Origin: Candidatus Latescibacterota bacterium
GTDB lineage: Bacteria > Latescibacterota > UBA2968 > UBA8231
Length of the DNA stretch: 64,000 bases
Direction: 5' to 3'
NCBI GenBank assembly: GCA_965200315.1
Contig: OZ241362.1
Location: forward strand, 384,001 to 448,000
Each line of letters begins with the position of its first letter. The first letter of the stretch is position 1. The translations under genes and the position numbers were made by a program. Positions 9,116-18,402 of this stretch are shown one piece after another. Below the pieces are notes generated by a model that worked only from the letters and a program-made list of their open reading frames with translations, searched no databases and was not told where the DNA came from.

Positions 9116-10276
9116 GTGCGACGCTACGCGCTGATCGAAGAGAAAGTAGCCGCGATTCCGGCGGCCGAGCTTGCGGTCGAACAGGCCCTACACCTGCACA
9201 CCCAATATGCAAAAGAGTTGGAGTTCGGCTTCCCTAGCCCGCTCAATGGCCAGTGTTATCAACTCAGATCGCGGGGGTATGTCGGCGTGGTGCCATTGGG
9301 CGCGGATGCCGCCTTGGAAATCAATCCCAAAATCCGCTGCTCACTGCTCATGTCCATGCTGGAGTACGCCTATCAGTTGCCCAAGGTAAGCGAATACAAG
9401 GCCCCAGCTACTATGGGGGATATTTACGAGTTTTGGGCCGAGGTACTCGCACGCAAAGTCTTGCAACGGGTGCGGCGCGGGCTGTTTTGGGATTACCAAA
9501 CCCGCGAAGGCCCCAGTCGGTGGGTGCGGGGGCGCATGTACCCCGAGCGCAGTGCCTTGGGCGTTCATCCCTACTGTCGGTTTGCCGAGCACACGCCCGA
9601 TATCATCGACAACCGCATCTTGGCCAACGCGCTGCATGGCCTGCGGCGCTTTGCCTTTCGCCGCGAAAGCGTTCAGCAAATGGTCGGTCGGGCTTGGTGG
9701 GCACTGAGCGAGCTAAATTACCGCCACATTCGCCCCGCCGATTGTCTCGGCGTAGTGTACCACCAACTAAACGAGGACTACCGACCGATGCATGCCCTGT
9801 GCTATCCCTTGCTCCAACAGCGCAGTCCGGCTTGGGGAGTAGGGGCCGAGGAAGGGCCGGCGTACTTGTTGCACATGCCGACCTTATTCGAGCGGTTTTG
9901 CACGGCGTTTATCGACCACAAGCTCAATCACAGGGTGGAACTAAAAGCCCAGTACCACACGCGACTCAAGGGAACAGAGCGGCTTTCCTTTCGCTTGGAC
10001 ATGGCCCTGTTTTCAGCGGCAACCGGGCAGCCGCTGGCGGTAGTTGATGCAAAATACAAGGCCGCTGGTCCCGTAGAAAGCGATGTGCAGCAGGTGGTTG
10101 CCTATGCGGTGCAACTAGGTACGCGCCGGGCCTTTTTGCTCTATCCCAGCCGCGATATAAGCGAGCAGTTCGAGGTCGGCCCGGTGGCCGTGCAAGCACT
10201 TGGGTACGATCTCGACGCCGAAGATCTAGAGGAAGCGGGACGGCGCGTGATTCGCAAAATAGAAAACAGCATATAA
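9116..10276 (+). CDS. mcrC: McrC-family PD-(D/E)xK nuclease subunit
   Basis: GTG 2 nt after the mcrB stop; YVGVV, INPKI, MPTLFERF, RLD...VVDAKYK, DVQQVVAY, LLYP. Confidence 0.88.
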   Translation: MRRYALIEEKVAAIPAAELAVEQALHLHTQYAKELEFGFPSPLNGQCYQLRSRGYVGVVPLGADAALEINPKIRCSLLMSMLEYAYQLPKVSEYKAPATMGDIYEFWAEVLARKVLQRVRRGLFWDYQTREGPSRWVRGRMYPERSALGVHPYCRFAEHTPDIIDNRILANALHGLRRFAFRRESVQQMVGRAWWALSELNYRHIRPADCLGVVYHQLNEDYRPMHALCYPLLQQRSPAWGVGAEEGPAYLLHMPTLFERFCTAFIDHKLNHRVELKAQYHTRLKGTERLSFRLDMALFSAATGQPLAVVDAKYKAAGPVESDVQQVVAYAVQLGTRRAFLLYPSRDISEQFEVGPVAVQALGYDLDAEDLEEAGRRVIRKIENSI

Positions 10277-10292
10277 AAATTAATATGTAAAC
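10266..10292 (+). other. dif-like site 1: ACAGCATATAA-AAATTA-ATATGTAAAC
   Basis: dif-type arm/6 bp/arm layout; the TAA of the left arm is the mcrC stop codon; the most degenerate of the six. Confidence 0.6.
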
Positions 10293-10308
10293 AAAATAAA
10301 CAAAAAAT

Positions 10309-11562
10309 TTAAGACTCAACAAGAAACAAACTCAAATCAGCCCAGTAGGTAATCACGACTAAGCAGGCCAACAAAATCAACAGAAAAGGCAAGGAGACGC
10401 GGTAGAGCCGGTGTACGGGCTGTTCAAAGCGAATGCTGGCAATGAAGAGGTTGAGGCCAACTGGCGGCGTTGAGTAGCCGATTTCCAAATTGGTCAAAAA
10501 AATGATCCCAAGGTGAATGGGATGCACGTCGTATGCTGCGGCAATGGGCAGGATCAGGGGCACGACGATGAGGAGGGCGGAGAACATGTCGATCATACAG
10601 CCAACCGCTAGCAGAAATACATTGAGGAGAATCAAAAACAGTAGGCGGCTGCTAATGTGGGTCTCTATATAGGTGAGCAAGCGCGTTGGAATTTCCGCAT
10701 CAATGAGGTAATTGGTATAGGCCATGGCGGCAGCCAAGACGACGAAAATGCCGCCGACGAGTACCATGCTATCGCAGATGATCTTCGGCAGTTGCCTAAT
10801 GGAGATCTCGCGGCGAATTAGCACCACCACCACCAAAGCGTACAGGGTGCTCAAGGCCGCGGCTTCGCTGACGGCGATTATGCCCCCGTAGATCCCCCCG
10901 AAGATCACCACTGGCAACAGAAGCTCCCAACTACACGCGGCAAAGGCCTGCGGCAATTGACGCCATCCGGTGGGGTGCTCAGGCGCGGTATTGCGCCGGC
11001 CTTGGAACAGGCTGTAGCAAGACAGGGCTCCTACTAGGAGCAAGCCGGGGACGATGCCTGCAATAAAAAGCTGATCTATCGGCGTCTCGGATACGATGCC
11101 GTAAATGATGAGCGGCAGGCTCGGCGGAAAGAGCAATCCCAAGCTGCCCGAGGTGGTAATCAGCCCGAGGGAAAACGAATCGGGTAGGCGCTGTTGTCGC
11201 AGAGCGGGCAACAGCAACCCACCGAGCGCGACAATCGTCATCCCCGACGCCCCGGTCAAAGCCGTGAAGAGGGCACAGACGATAATGGCCACAATGGCCA
11301 GACCCCCCGGCAGCCAGCCGAGCAAAGCTTGGGAGAAGCGCACCAGCCGGGCTGGTGCGCCGCTTTCGGCAAGGAGAAAACCCGTGAGGGCAAAGAGCGG
11401 AATAGCCGTTAAGGTGGGCGTTTCGGCTATCCGGTACATCTCGATAAAGACGACGGTTAAATCGATCTCGGCGAGGGAGAAGTGCAAAATGGCCATCGCG
11501 CTGATGACCACAAAGAGCGGGACGCCGGCTAGGGTGGCTAGGGCGGCTAGGAGACTGCTCAC
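10309..11562 (-). CDS. dctM: TRAP transporter large permease DctM
   Basis: LTAIPLFAL, SGSLGLLFPPSL, NLEIGYSTPPVGLNLF; GTG start overlaps the dctQ stop (GTGA). Confidence 0.92.
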   Translation of the reverse strand: MSSLLAALATLAGVPLFVVISAMAILHFSLAEIDLTVVFIEMYRIAETPTLTAIPLFALTGFLLAESGAPARLVRFSQALLGWLPGGLAIVAIIVCALFTALTGASGMTIVALGGLLLPALRQQRLPDSFSLGLITTSGSLGLLFPPSLPLIIYGIVSETPIDQLFIAGIVPGLLLVGALSCYSLFQGRRNTAPEHPTGWRQLPQAFAACSWELLLPVVIFGGIYGGIIAVSEAAALSTLYALVVVVLIRREISIRQLPKIICDSMVLVGGIFVVLAAAMAYTNYLIDAEIPTRLLTYIETHISSRLLFLILLNVFLLAVGCMIDMFSALLIVVPLILPIAAAYDVHPIHLGIIFLTNLEIGYSTPPVGLNLFIASIRFEQPVHRLYRVSLPFLLILLACLVVITYWADLSLFLVES

Positions 11563-12035
11563 GGGCGAGCTGCCGGCGTACGAAGGCGACGCACGCCCTG
11601 CAAGAGGAAGCGCAGTGCCATCAAGCCAAAGACGAGGGGAAAGCACAGTTGGACGATCCAAGCGGGGATGGCAAAGAAAGCCATCGTGCCGAATGCGCGT
11701 TCGTCGAGCACGAAGTGCCCAGCGATATAGGATAGATAGGAGCAAAGCGCGGCGGCAAAAAAGTCCGCGCAGCTCAAGACGATGGCTCTCACCCGGGTAG
11801 GTAACAGGCGCAACGCAGCGTCAATGCGGATGTGTTTGTCGAGCCGGGTGGCTACCAAAGCGCCAGCCAGTCCAATCCACAACACGAGGTGCCGGACGAG
11901 GCTTTCAGTGCCCAGGAAGGTGATGGAGAATAGATTGCGCACGAGAATCTGCCCGCAGGTCAGCACCAGCAGGCAGACGACCAAAAGGACGAGAAAGCCG
12001 GTCTCGAGGCGGTGGAGGATGGGCTGGCCGCTCAA
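11559..12035 (-). CDS. dctQ: TRAP transporter small permease DctQ
   Basis: Four TM segments, HIRID motif, operon position. Confidence 0.88.
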   Translation of the reverse strand: MSGQPILHRLETGFLVLLVVCLLVLTCGQILVRNLFSITFLGTESLVRHLVLWIGLAGALVATRLDKHIRIDAALRLLPTRVRAIVLSCADFFAAALCSYLSYIAGHFVLDERAFGTMAFFAIPAWIVQLCFPLVFGLMALRFLLQGVRRLRTPAARP

Positions 12036-13036
12036 GGGGAAGTCTGGCGGAAGTCTTGGAGGTGCCGCGCTATTTGCTCGTGAGCCTCGCGGGAAAAGGC
12101 TTGGCCCACGAGTTCTGCTTCGGCCCTAGCGACGAAGCCCTTGAAGGTCTCTGCATCTTTAGGGTTGACTTCGACTAACGACAGGCCGTTAGCTTGCAAC
12201 ACGGTCATGGCTTCGTCGTTTTCTCGGCGGTTGCGTTGTCCCAAGGCGGCCATGTGCTGTTGCGTTATGCGGCTGATGCGCTCACGATCTTCGGCGGGAA
12301 TTTTATCAAAAGCTCGCTTGTCAATCAAAAGTGCGCCTAGGGTGTAGTTGATGGGCAGTTGGGTGACGTATTTTGCGCGGGTAAACCATTGGAGGACAAT
12401 GGTCGCCGAGGGCGAGGCGTACACCACATCGATTAGGTTGGTCTGCAATCCGAGGAGGACATCCGGGATGTTGAGGGGAACCGAAGTGACGCCGGCTAAA
12501 CGGAAAAGCACGGAGGTCAGCGGTTCATCGGGCAACTGCCATACCTTTTGGGTGCGCATGTCCTCGACAGTAGCCACGGGTTGCTGCGAGAGAATGTGGA
12601 CAAAGCCGATGTCGGCCCAACCGAGAAAGACATAGCCCCGTTCTTCGTATCCTCGTCGATAAAAGGCATCCATTTTCTCGAGCACGTAATCCACTTCGGC
12701 ATAGCTGTCGAAGAGGAAGGGCATTTGCAGTGCGAGCACATCGGGCAAGGTCTGACTGACACCTTGCCCGCCAAAATTACCGCCGTGGAGCTGGCCGATG
12801 CGCATCTTGCGCAAGACGACTTTCTCCTCGCCTTGGACGCCGCCGGGATAGATTTTGAACCCTACGTTGTCCCCTGTCTCCCGCCGCACATCCGCATCAA
12901 TGGTGCGGAGGACATCGGCCCAGCTACTACCCTCCGGGGCGAGGGTCGCAATTTTGAGGAGGTGATTGGGTTGGGCCGCGACAGAGTTGGCTATCAGTGC
13001 GGCGACGACCGCAAAAAGTCCCTTAAAAGAAATCAT
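12032..13036 (-). CDS. dctP: TRAP substrate-binding protein DctP (TatP type)
   Basis: KIATLAPEGSSW, YPGGVQGEE, RKMRIGQL. Confidence 0.9.
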   Translation of the reverse strand: MISFKGLFAVVAALIANSVAAQPNHLLKIATLAPEGSSWADVLRTIDADVRRETGDNVGFKIYPGGVQGEEKVVLRKMRIGQLHGGNFGGQGVSQTLPDVLALQMPFLFDSYAEVDYVLEKMDAFYRRGYEERGYVFLGWADIGFVHILSQQPVATVEDMRTQKVWQLPDEPLTSVLFRLAGVTSVPLNIPDVLLGLQTNLIDVVYASPSATIVLQWFTRAKYVTQLPINYTLGALLIDKRAFDKIPAEDRERISRITQQHMAALGQRNRRENDEAMTVLQANGLSLVEVNPKDAETFKGFVARAEAELVGQAFSREAHEQIARHLQDFRQTSP

Positions 13037-13892
13037 TGGCTTGGTCTAAGAGGATCTGCGCCTGTCTTTGGGCGGCGATGTTTTGCAAGGTAAGCTCCGG
13101 TACGGCGTCTGCCGAGCTGGTTAGGGCTTGGTTGAGCAGGGATTCGTATAGCTCCCGGTCAAAAGTGCTCCGAGCATAGAATTTGGCCTTGGCTACGTAC
13201 ACCATGAGCACCTGTCCTTTACTGATGGTCGCGGCTCGGTCGAAGTGTTCGGCGGCTTTTTCCGGGTTGCCGCCCAACATCGGCGGCAGGGCAGCGTAAT
13301 AGGACCCCAAGAAGATGTGAGGACTCCCGTATTGAAAGGTTTCGTCTTGGTCCACGATCCACTGCATGAGTTTAATGACTTTGGGCAATTCGGCCAGTGC
13401 CGCCATAGATTCAATGTTGGCACTAATCCAAGCTCCCCAACTCGAAGCGGCCCAGAACACAACCGGCAGGTCTGAAGCCTCTAAGTCGTCAGTGACGCGG
13501 ATAAATTCAACATAGGGTGCTTGGAGCAAGTCGGGTTGCCTCAGGCGTAGAGCAAGGGCTTTGAGGCCATTGACCTTGCCCCGATGATATAGGTGCTTGG
13601 CTCGCTCGGGATCATCGACTTCGACCAAAGTGGCGTAGGAAGTATAGATCTCAGCAGCACTTAAGAGCAGTTGCGGGTCTTGCGGATTGGCCACCAACAG
13701 CCCTTCTAATAAAAGCAAAAAAGTAGGTACGCCCGAGGCGACCAAATCCAAGTCGTCGTGGCGGGCTGTGGCCGTACTGACATCCTCTATCAACGATCCT
13801 ACCAGCGCGGACTGCAACCTAGCTGCACACCCAAGCGGACCAAAGGCGAGAGTTGCCAGCAAGACAGTTGTTAAGATGTGTTTGGCTACCAT
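13023..13892 (-). CDS. TPAT-system TatT lipoprotein
   Basis: Lipobox LGC; FWAASSWGAWI, LPPMLGGNPEKA; directly upstream of dctPQM. Confidence 0.82.
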   Translation of the reverse strand: MVAKHILTTVLLATLAFGPLGCAARLQSALVGSLIEDVSTATARHDDLDLVASGVPTFLLLLEGLLVANPQDPQLLLSAAEIYTSYATLVEVDDPERAKHLYHRGKVNGLKALALRLRQPDLLQAPYVEFIRVTDDLEASDLPVVFWAASSWGAWISANIESMAALAELPKVIKLMQWIVDQDETFQYGSPHIFLGSYYAALPPMLGGNPEKAAEHFDRAATISKGQVLMVYVAKAKFYARSTFDRELYESLLNQALTSSADAVPELTLQNIAAQRQAQILLDQANDFF

Positions 13893-13920
13893 TCGGACCC
13901 AAGGGATTGACTAAGAGAGT

Positions 13921-14982
13921 CTAAGATGCGTTCCCCACTTCATCTGCCTCTATTGCAACGCGCAAACACTGCCACGGGTCGTCGTCTTCAGCGCAGGCCG
14001 CAAAAATTTCCAAGGCACCAGCTAAGCCCTCGCTACAGGCGCGATAAACAGCATAAAAAAGCGTTAGATTGGCGTTGTAGCGACGATAAGACAAAAGTCG
14101 CGCATTGTTTAGTTCCCACTGAAGGAACCCATCGTACTGGTTGCGACTAAACTGCGCTTTAATGAGGGCGAAATCGCGCTGGCGCTGGGCAAAAACAACC
14201 TGTCGGTCGCGCAGTACAAGGCTGCGAGGCAAATCCAGCGAGTAGAGGCTGTCAAGTGCTGCAACAGTCTCGGCCATGAAGCGCCGAAAGAGGGCCGCAT
14301 CCGCTCGGCGCACTTCGGCCTGTTGCAAAAGCGGGGTATCGGGGCCGAAGTGCTGCGCCAAGAAGAGCAGGGACCCTTGGCGGCCGACGAAGGTTGCCAA
14401 GCTCTCGTTGTAATCGGTCTGCCCGCGGGCATAGACGAGGGCGTGCGTCAGCTCGTGGAGAATCAAATCGGCTAGTTGATCGGGTGCGTAACCGAGCATT
14501 GGGCTGAGAATTGGATCGGAAAAAAATCCCAAGGTGCTGTAGGCACCGACCGGGCGGACCATAGCATCGTACCCTGCGGCGGCGAGGGCATCGCGCTGTT
14601 CGTCAGCCAAATCGCGGCGGAAGAAACCTTTGTAGGGGACCTCACCGACGAGTGGAAAATCCCAAGTATAGGGCGAGAAGCGGTCAGGCGGACAAGCGCT
14701 GACATTCCAACTAATCGGATCGCCGCCCGTATCGTAGAAGGTTGTGTACTGATCGTCTGTTTTCAGACCCACGCTTTCGGCGTAGCCGAGAATGGCTTGG
14801 ATCAGCTCTAGCTGTGTCCGGGTTTGCTCGGCCAAATCGGGGCGGGCGAGGAGGGTTTGGACTGAGATGCGCTTGTACACCACGCGGCTTTGGCCGCGGG
14901 CTAGATGCCAATAGTAATTGAGATTGCAACCACAGAGGCCCAACAGGCCAAGCCCGATGAGAACTCGAAATAAAAGAGGCAT
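13921..14982 (-). CDS. Putative zinc aminopeptidase lipoprotein (DUF2265-like)
   Basis: Lipobox; WDFPLVGEVPYKGFF, AYSTLGFFSDP, HELTH, NESLATFV. Confidence 0.85.
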   Translation of the reverse strand: MPLLFRVLIGLGLLGLCGCNLNYYWHLARGQSRVVYKRISVQTLLARPDLAEQTRTQLELIQAILGYAESVGLKTDDQYTTFYDTGGDPISWNVSACPPDRFSPYTWDFPLVGEVPYKGFFRRDLADEQRDALAAAGYDAMVRPVGAYSTLGFFSDPILSPMLGYAPDQLADLILHELTHALVYARGQTDYNESLATFVGRQGSLLFLAQHFGPDTPLLQQAEVRRADAALFRRFMAETVAALDSLYSLDLPRSLVLRDRQVVFAQRQRDFALIKAQFSRNQYDGFLQWELNNARLLSYRRYNANLTLFYAVYRACSEGLAGALEIFAACAEDDDPWQCLRVAIEADEVGNAS

Positions 14983-15033
14983 CCGCGGCCAACAGCCACT
15001 TGTGCGGCTTAATAGGAGAGCGGGCCCGCCAAC

Positions 15034-15549
15034 CTAGGGTTTGCTGACGATCTTTTCTCCATCGAAGATCACATTGCCTTCTTTGTCGAGGACGCGACCG
15101 TCGCTGGTAAACTCATACTTCATGGATTGACCCAAGGTCAGGTGGCGTTGTACTTCCTCTAAGTCTTGGTATTTCTCGATTAGCTTTTCAATCGGCCCCT
15201 CAAACGAAGTCTGCTGCCACTTGGGTCGATTCTTGTTGTGGGCGGCCCGCTCTTCTGCCGTCATAATGGGCAGGCGCTCGGCAGCGGGGGTAAACCGCCC
15301 GGCCATGGCCTGTTGGCGGCGATACTTCTCGTGGCGCTTTTCCGACTCGGTCAGCATTTCATCGGGAATGGCTTCAAAGCTGGTATCTTGGTCCGCTCCT
15401 TGTTCCCGGCATTTTTGCTGCTCTTCTTGGACCTCGCGCGAAAGGCGCTGTTGGCGCTCGTGGTCCAAACTGGGATCGGTACCTAATCTCCGCAGTACAT
15501 GTCGTGCGGCCTTGTTCATAGGAATGGGCTGCCTCCCTGAAAATTGCAT
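15034..15549 (-). CDS. Hypothetical hydrophilic protein
   Basis: 171-aa ORF with plausible composition and no recognised motif. Confidence 0.55.
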   Translation of the reverse strand: MQFSGRQPIPMNKAARHVLRRLGTDPSLDHERQQRLSREVQEEQQKCREQGADQDTSFEAIPDEMLTESEKRHEKYRRQQAMAGRFTPAAERLPIMTAEERAAHNKNRPKWQQTSFEGPIEKLIEKYQDLEEVQRHLTLGQSMKYEFTSDGRVLDKEGNVIFDGEKIVSKP

Positions 15550-15720
15550 GCAGTGTGTTCACAATTGGCTAGCGCTAGAAGATATAAGGGGGCGGATGAT
15601 TTGGCAAATCCAAATCACCTTGGTTATTATAGTATAGACACCAACGGATGCTCTCGATGCCGGGGAGCTCAATACCAAGGCTACAGAGTCGAGATTTAAC
15701 TTTTTGGATGGAGATATAGA

Positions 15721-16740
15721 ATGAGCGTTTTTTCGCGTTTTTTTTCGCATGAAATAGGTATAGACTTGGGCACTGCCAATACTTTGGTGTATGTCAAAGG
15801 CAAGGGAATCGTCCTCAACGAACCCTCGGTTGTCGCCCGCCAAGTCTCTACCCAAAAAGTTATTGCTGTCGGCGCAGAGGCCAAGGAAATGATGGGGCGC
15901 GAAAACGCTGGGATCCAAATAATTCGCCCTTTAAAAGACGGCGTTATCGCCGATTTTGAAGTTACCGAAGAGATGATTCGCAGCTTTATCCGCAAAGTAA
16001 AAAAGAACAAACTTTTCGTGCGGCCCAAGATCGTGGTAGCGGTCCCGGCAGGCAGCACTGAAGTAGAAAAACGGGCCGTGCGAAACTCCTGCGAGCGCGT
16101 GGGGGCTAGAGAAGTCCATCTGGTCAGCGAGCCGATGGCCGCGGCTATCGGCATGGGATTGCCAGTTCATCAAGCCGTCGGCTCAATGGTTATCGATATT
16201 GGTGGCGGGACGACAGAGGTTGCCGTAATTGCCCTTTCAGGTCTAGTCGAACACGAGTCGCTGCGGGTGGCCGGGGAAGCTATGGATCAGTCAATTTCCG
16301 AGTGGATGCGCAGAAAGCACAGCCTGCTTATTGGCGTCCAAGGTGCCGAGAACATCAAGTGGAAAATCGGGTCGGCGAAGGAATTGGGAACAGAAGAGAG
16401 TATGCCGGTGCGTGGTCGCGACACCGTAGCCGGGCTACCCAGAGTCATGCAAGTAGATTCAGTTGAGATACGAGAAGCCCTATCCGATTCCGTAGCTCAA
16501 ATTGTCGCCAGCGTGCGCCGAGTATTGGAGAGGATGCCGCCCGAATTGGCGGCAGATATCCTCGATAGGGGCATGGTACTCTGCGGTGGTGGGAGCATGC
16601 TGCAAGGGCTGAGGGAACACCTGCTTGAGGCGACGGATTTGCCTACGTATGTCGATAGTGAAGATCCCCTCTCGGCCGTGGTGCGGGGCAATGCCCGCAT
16701 TCTCGAAGAGTTTGATAACTACCGCCAAGTTTTGCTCTAA
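15721..16740 (+). CDS. mreB: Rod shape-determining actin MreB
   Basis: IGIDLGTANT, RPLKDGVIAD, DIGGGTTEVA. Confidence 0.97.
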   Translation: MSVFSRFFSHEIGIDLGTANTLVYVKGKGIVLNEPSVVARQVSTQKVIAVGAEAKEMMGRENAGIQIIRPLKDGVIADFEVTEEMIRSFIRKVKKNKLFVRPKIVVAVPAGSTEVEKRAVRNSCERVGAREVHLVSEPMAAAIGMGLPVHQAVGSMVIDIGGGTTEVAVIALSGLVEHESLRVAGEAMDQSISEWMRRKHSLLIGVQGAENIKWKIGSAKELGTEESMPVRGRDTVAGLPRVMQVDSVEIREALSDSVAQIVASVRRVLERMPPELAADILDRGMVLCGGGSMLQGLREHLLEATDLPTYVDSEDPLSAVVRGNARILEEFDNYRQVLL

Positions 16741-16755
16741 CTGAGTTATGGAGTT

Positions 16756-17517
16756 ATGGCCAATACTCGGGAGCTCATCGTCATTGGACTAGCCTTTGCT
16801 TGCGCCTTGGTTTTGATGAGTTTACCTGCATCCTATAAGACCTATATCGCCGAGCGCTGCCAAGCCGGTTTATTGGCCTCAGGGCAAGCACTATTTTCGC
16901 GATTCATTCGCTCTGCTCGCAACGAGGAAAAGAGCCGTTTTCTCCTGACTCAAAACGTAGCCCTAGCCCTTGATAACATGCAGCTACAGGAAGCTGGATG
17001 GGAAAATGTGCGCCTGCGCAAGGCCCTGTCCTTTCGGCCTCTAGATGGAAGTACGCGCGTTATTTCTGCCGAGGTGATCGGCCGCGACCCCGACCACATT
17101 TATGACGCGATCGTCATCAACGTTGGTCGCGACCACGGCGTAAATAAGGATATGCCCGTGGTGACACCTGAAGGGCTCGTTGGGCACATTACCCAAGTCG
17201 GCGGATCGGACTCGGTCGTGCAGTTGTTGATGCGGACGAGAGTAAGTGCTTTGATCCAAAAAACACGCGCCCAAGGCATTGTCTCGTGGATCGATGGTCA
17301 GTTTCGGTTGCGATTCGTCGAATCGAGCAACTTGGTGCAGGCGGGCGATTTAGTCGTATCATCGGGGTTGGGCGGGCGATACCCCAAGGGCATACCGATC
17401 GGCACGGTGGTGGAGGTGAATCAGGAGAAACGAGCCCCGGTCTTTTTGCGGGTTATCCTCAGGTCGATTGTGGATTTCTCTGCCCTCGAAGAGGTTTTCG
17501 TACTCGGCAAAGCCTAA
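16756..17517 (+). CDS. mreC: Rod shape-determining protein MreC
   Basis: Follows mreB; ENVRLRKAL, SSGLGGRYPKGIPIG. Confidence 0.92.
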   Translation: MANTRELIVIGLAFACALVLMSLPASYKTYIAERCQAGLLASGQALFSRFIRSARNEEKSRFLLTQNVALALDNMQLQEAGWENVRLRKALSFRPLDGSTRVISAEVIGRDPDHIYDAIVINVGRDHGVNKDMPVVTPEGLVGHITQVGGSDSVVQLLMRTRVSALIQKTRAQGIVSWIDGQFRLRFVESSNLVQAGDLVVSSGLGGRYPKGIPIGTVVEVNQEKRAPVFLRVILRSIVDFSALEEVFVLGKA

Positions 17518-17533
17518 GAAGGGGCTGCTCGCC

Positions 17534-17562
17534 TTGACAGAGCATAAGCCGTGCCATATCCT
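17534..17562 (+). promoter_or_regulatory. Sigma70-like promoter TTGACA-N17-TATCCT for the HU/tRNA cluster
   Basis: Perfect -35, 17-bp spacer, 4/6 -10. Confidence 0.5.
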
Positions 17563-17625
17563 TTAGAGCTATCTGTTGGCGTGATAGTTACGCAATTTCA
17601 ACCCATCCGAATAGAGAGTGTGGTC

Positions 17626-17967
17626 TTGACGAAAGCTGATATCGTGCGTCTAATCGCCGAGGGAACAGGGCTTACCAAGACGGATACTGCGGCTGTGGTC
17701 GATGGCTTTATTGAATCCGTAGTCGGTGCTTTGGAACGGGAAGATCACATTGAAATTCGCGGTTTTGGCACTTTCAAAGTCGTCGAGCGCGCACCGCGTA
17801 CCGGTCGCAATCCACGCACGGGTGCTGAAGTAAAAATCGCCGGTCGCAAGGCCCCGACATTTAAGCCCTCAAAGGAATTGCGGGCGCGCGTCAACGGGGA
17901 AAACGCAGAGGACAAAGGTCCAGGAGATAGAAAAGATGCCCTGTGGCAGGAAGAGAAAGCGGCATAA
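17626..17967 (+). CDS. HU/IHF-family DNA-binding protein
   Basis: TTG start giving (M)TKADIV; IEIRGFGTF, RTGRNPRTG, PTFKPSKEL. Confidence 0.93.
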   Translation: MTKADIVRLIAEGTGLTKTDTAAVVDGFIESVVGALEREDHIEIRGFGTFKVVERAPRTGRNPRTGAEVKIAGRKAPTFKPSKELRARVNGENAEDKGPGDRKDALWQEEKAA

Positions 17968-18033
17968 GATCGCTACGCACAAGCGCAAGAAGAGACTGCG
18001 CAAGAATCGGCACAAGAAGAACGTCTAGGCTAG

Positions 18034-18110
18034 GGGCTAATAGCTCAGCTGGATAGAGCGCCGGTCTCCGGAACCGGAGGTCCCAGGTTCGAATCCTGGT
18101 TAGCTCACCA
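18034..18110 (+). tRNA. tRNA-Arg(CCG)
   Basis: Cloverleaf; anticodon arm CCGGT-CTCCGGA-ACCGG; GGTTCGAATCC; encoded CCA. Confidence 0.95.
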
Positions 18111-18143
18111 TTTTGTCGCCAGAGTATGGTCGGATAATTGAGT

Positions 18144-18221
18144 CGGGGTGTGGCGCAGCCCGGCTAGCGCGCTTCCTTGGGGTGGAAGAGGTCGCTGGTT
18201 CAAATCCAGTCACCCCGACCA
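18144..18221 (+). tRNA. tRNA-Pro(GGG)
   Basis: CGGGGTG acceptor stem; anticodon arm CTTCC-TTGGGGT-GGAAG; CCA end. Confidence 0.95.
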
Positions 18222-18264
18222 TTTTTATGGTAGTATAGAGATTGCAGCTTTTGCTTCCCCACGT

Positions 18265-18342
18265 CGGGGTGTAGCGCAGCCCGGCTAGCGCACCTGCTTC
18301 GGGAGCAGGGGGTCGCCGGTTCAAATCCGGCCACCCCGACCA
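18265..18342 (+). tRNA. tRNA-Pro(CGG)
   Basis: Anticodon arm CCTGC-TTCGGGA-GCAGG; CCA end. Confidence 0.95.
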
Positions 18343-18344
18343 CT

Positions 18345-18390
18345 AATTAAGTCCCTGTGAGCTTTTGACTTACAGGGACTTAATTTATTT
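18345..18390 (+). terminator. Hairpin terminator after the tRNA cluster
   Basis: AATTAAGTCCCTGTGAG...CTTACAGGGACTTAATT followed by a T-rich tail. Confidence 0.75.
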
Positions 18391-18402
18391 GCGATATGAG
18401 AT

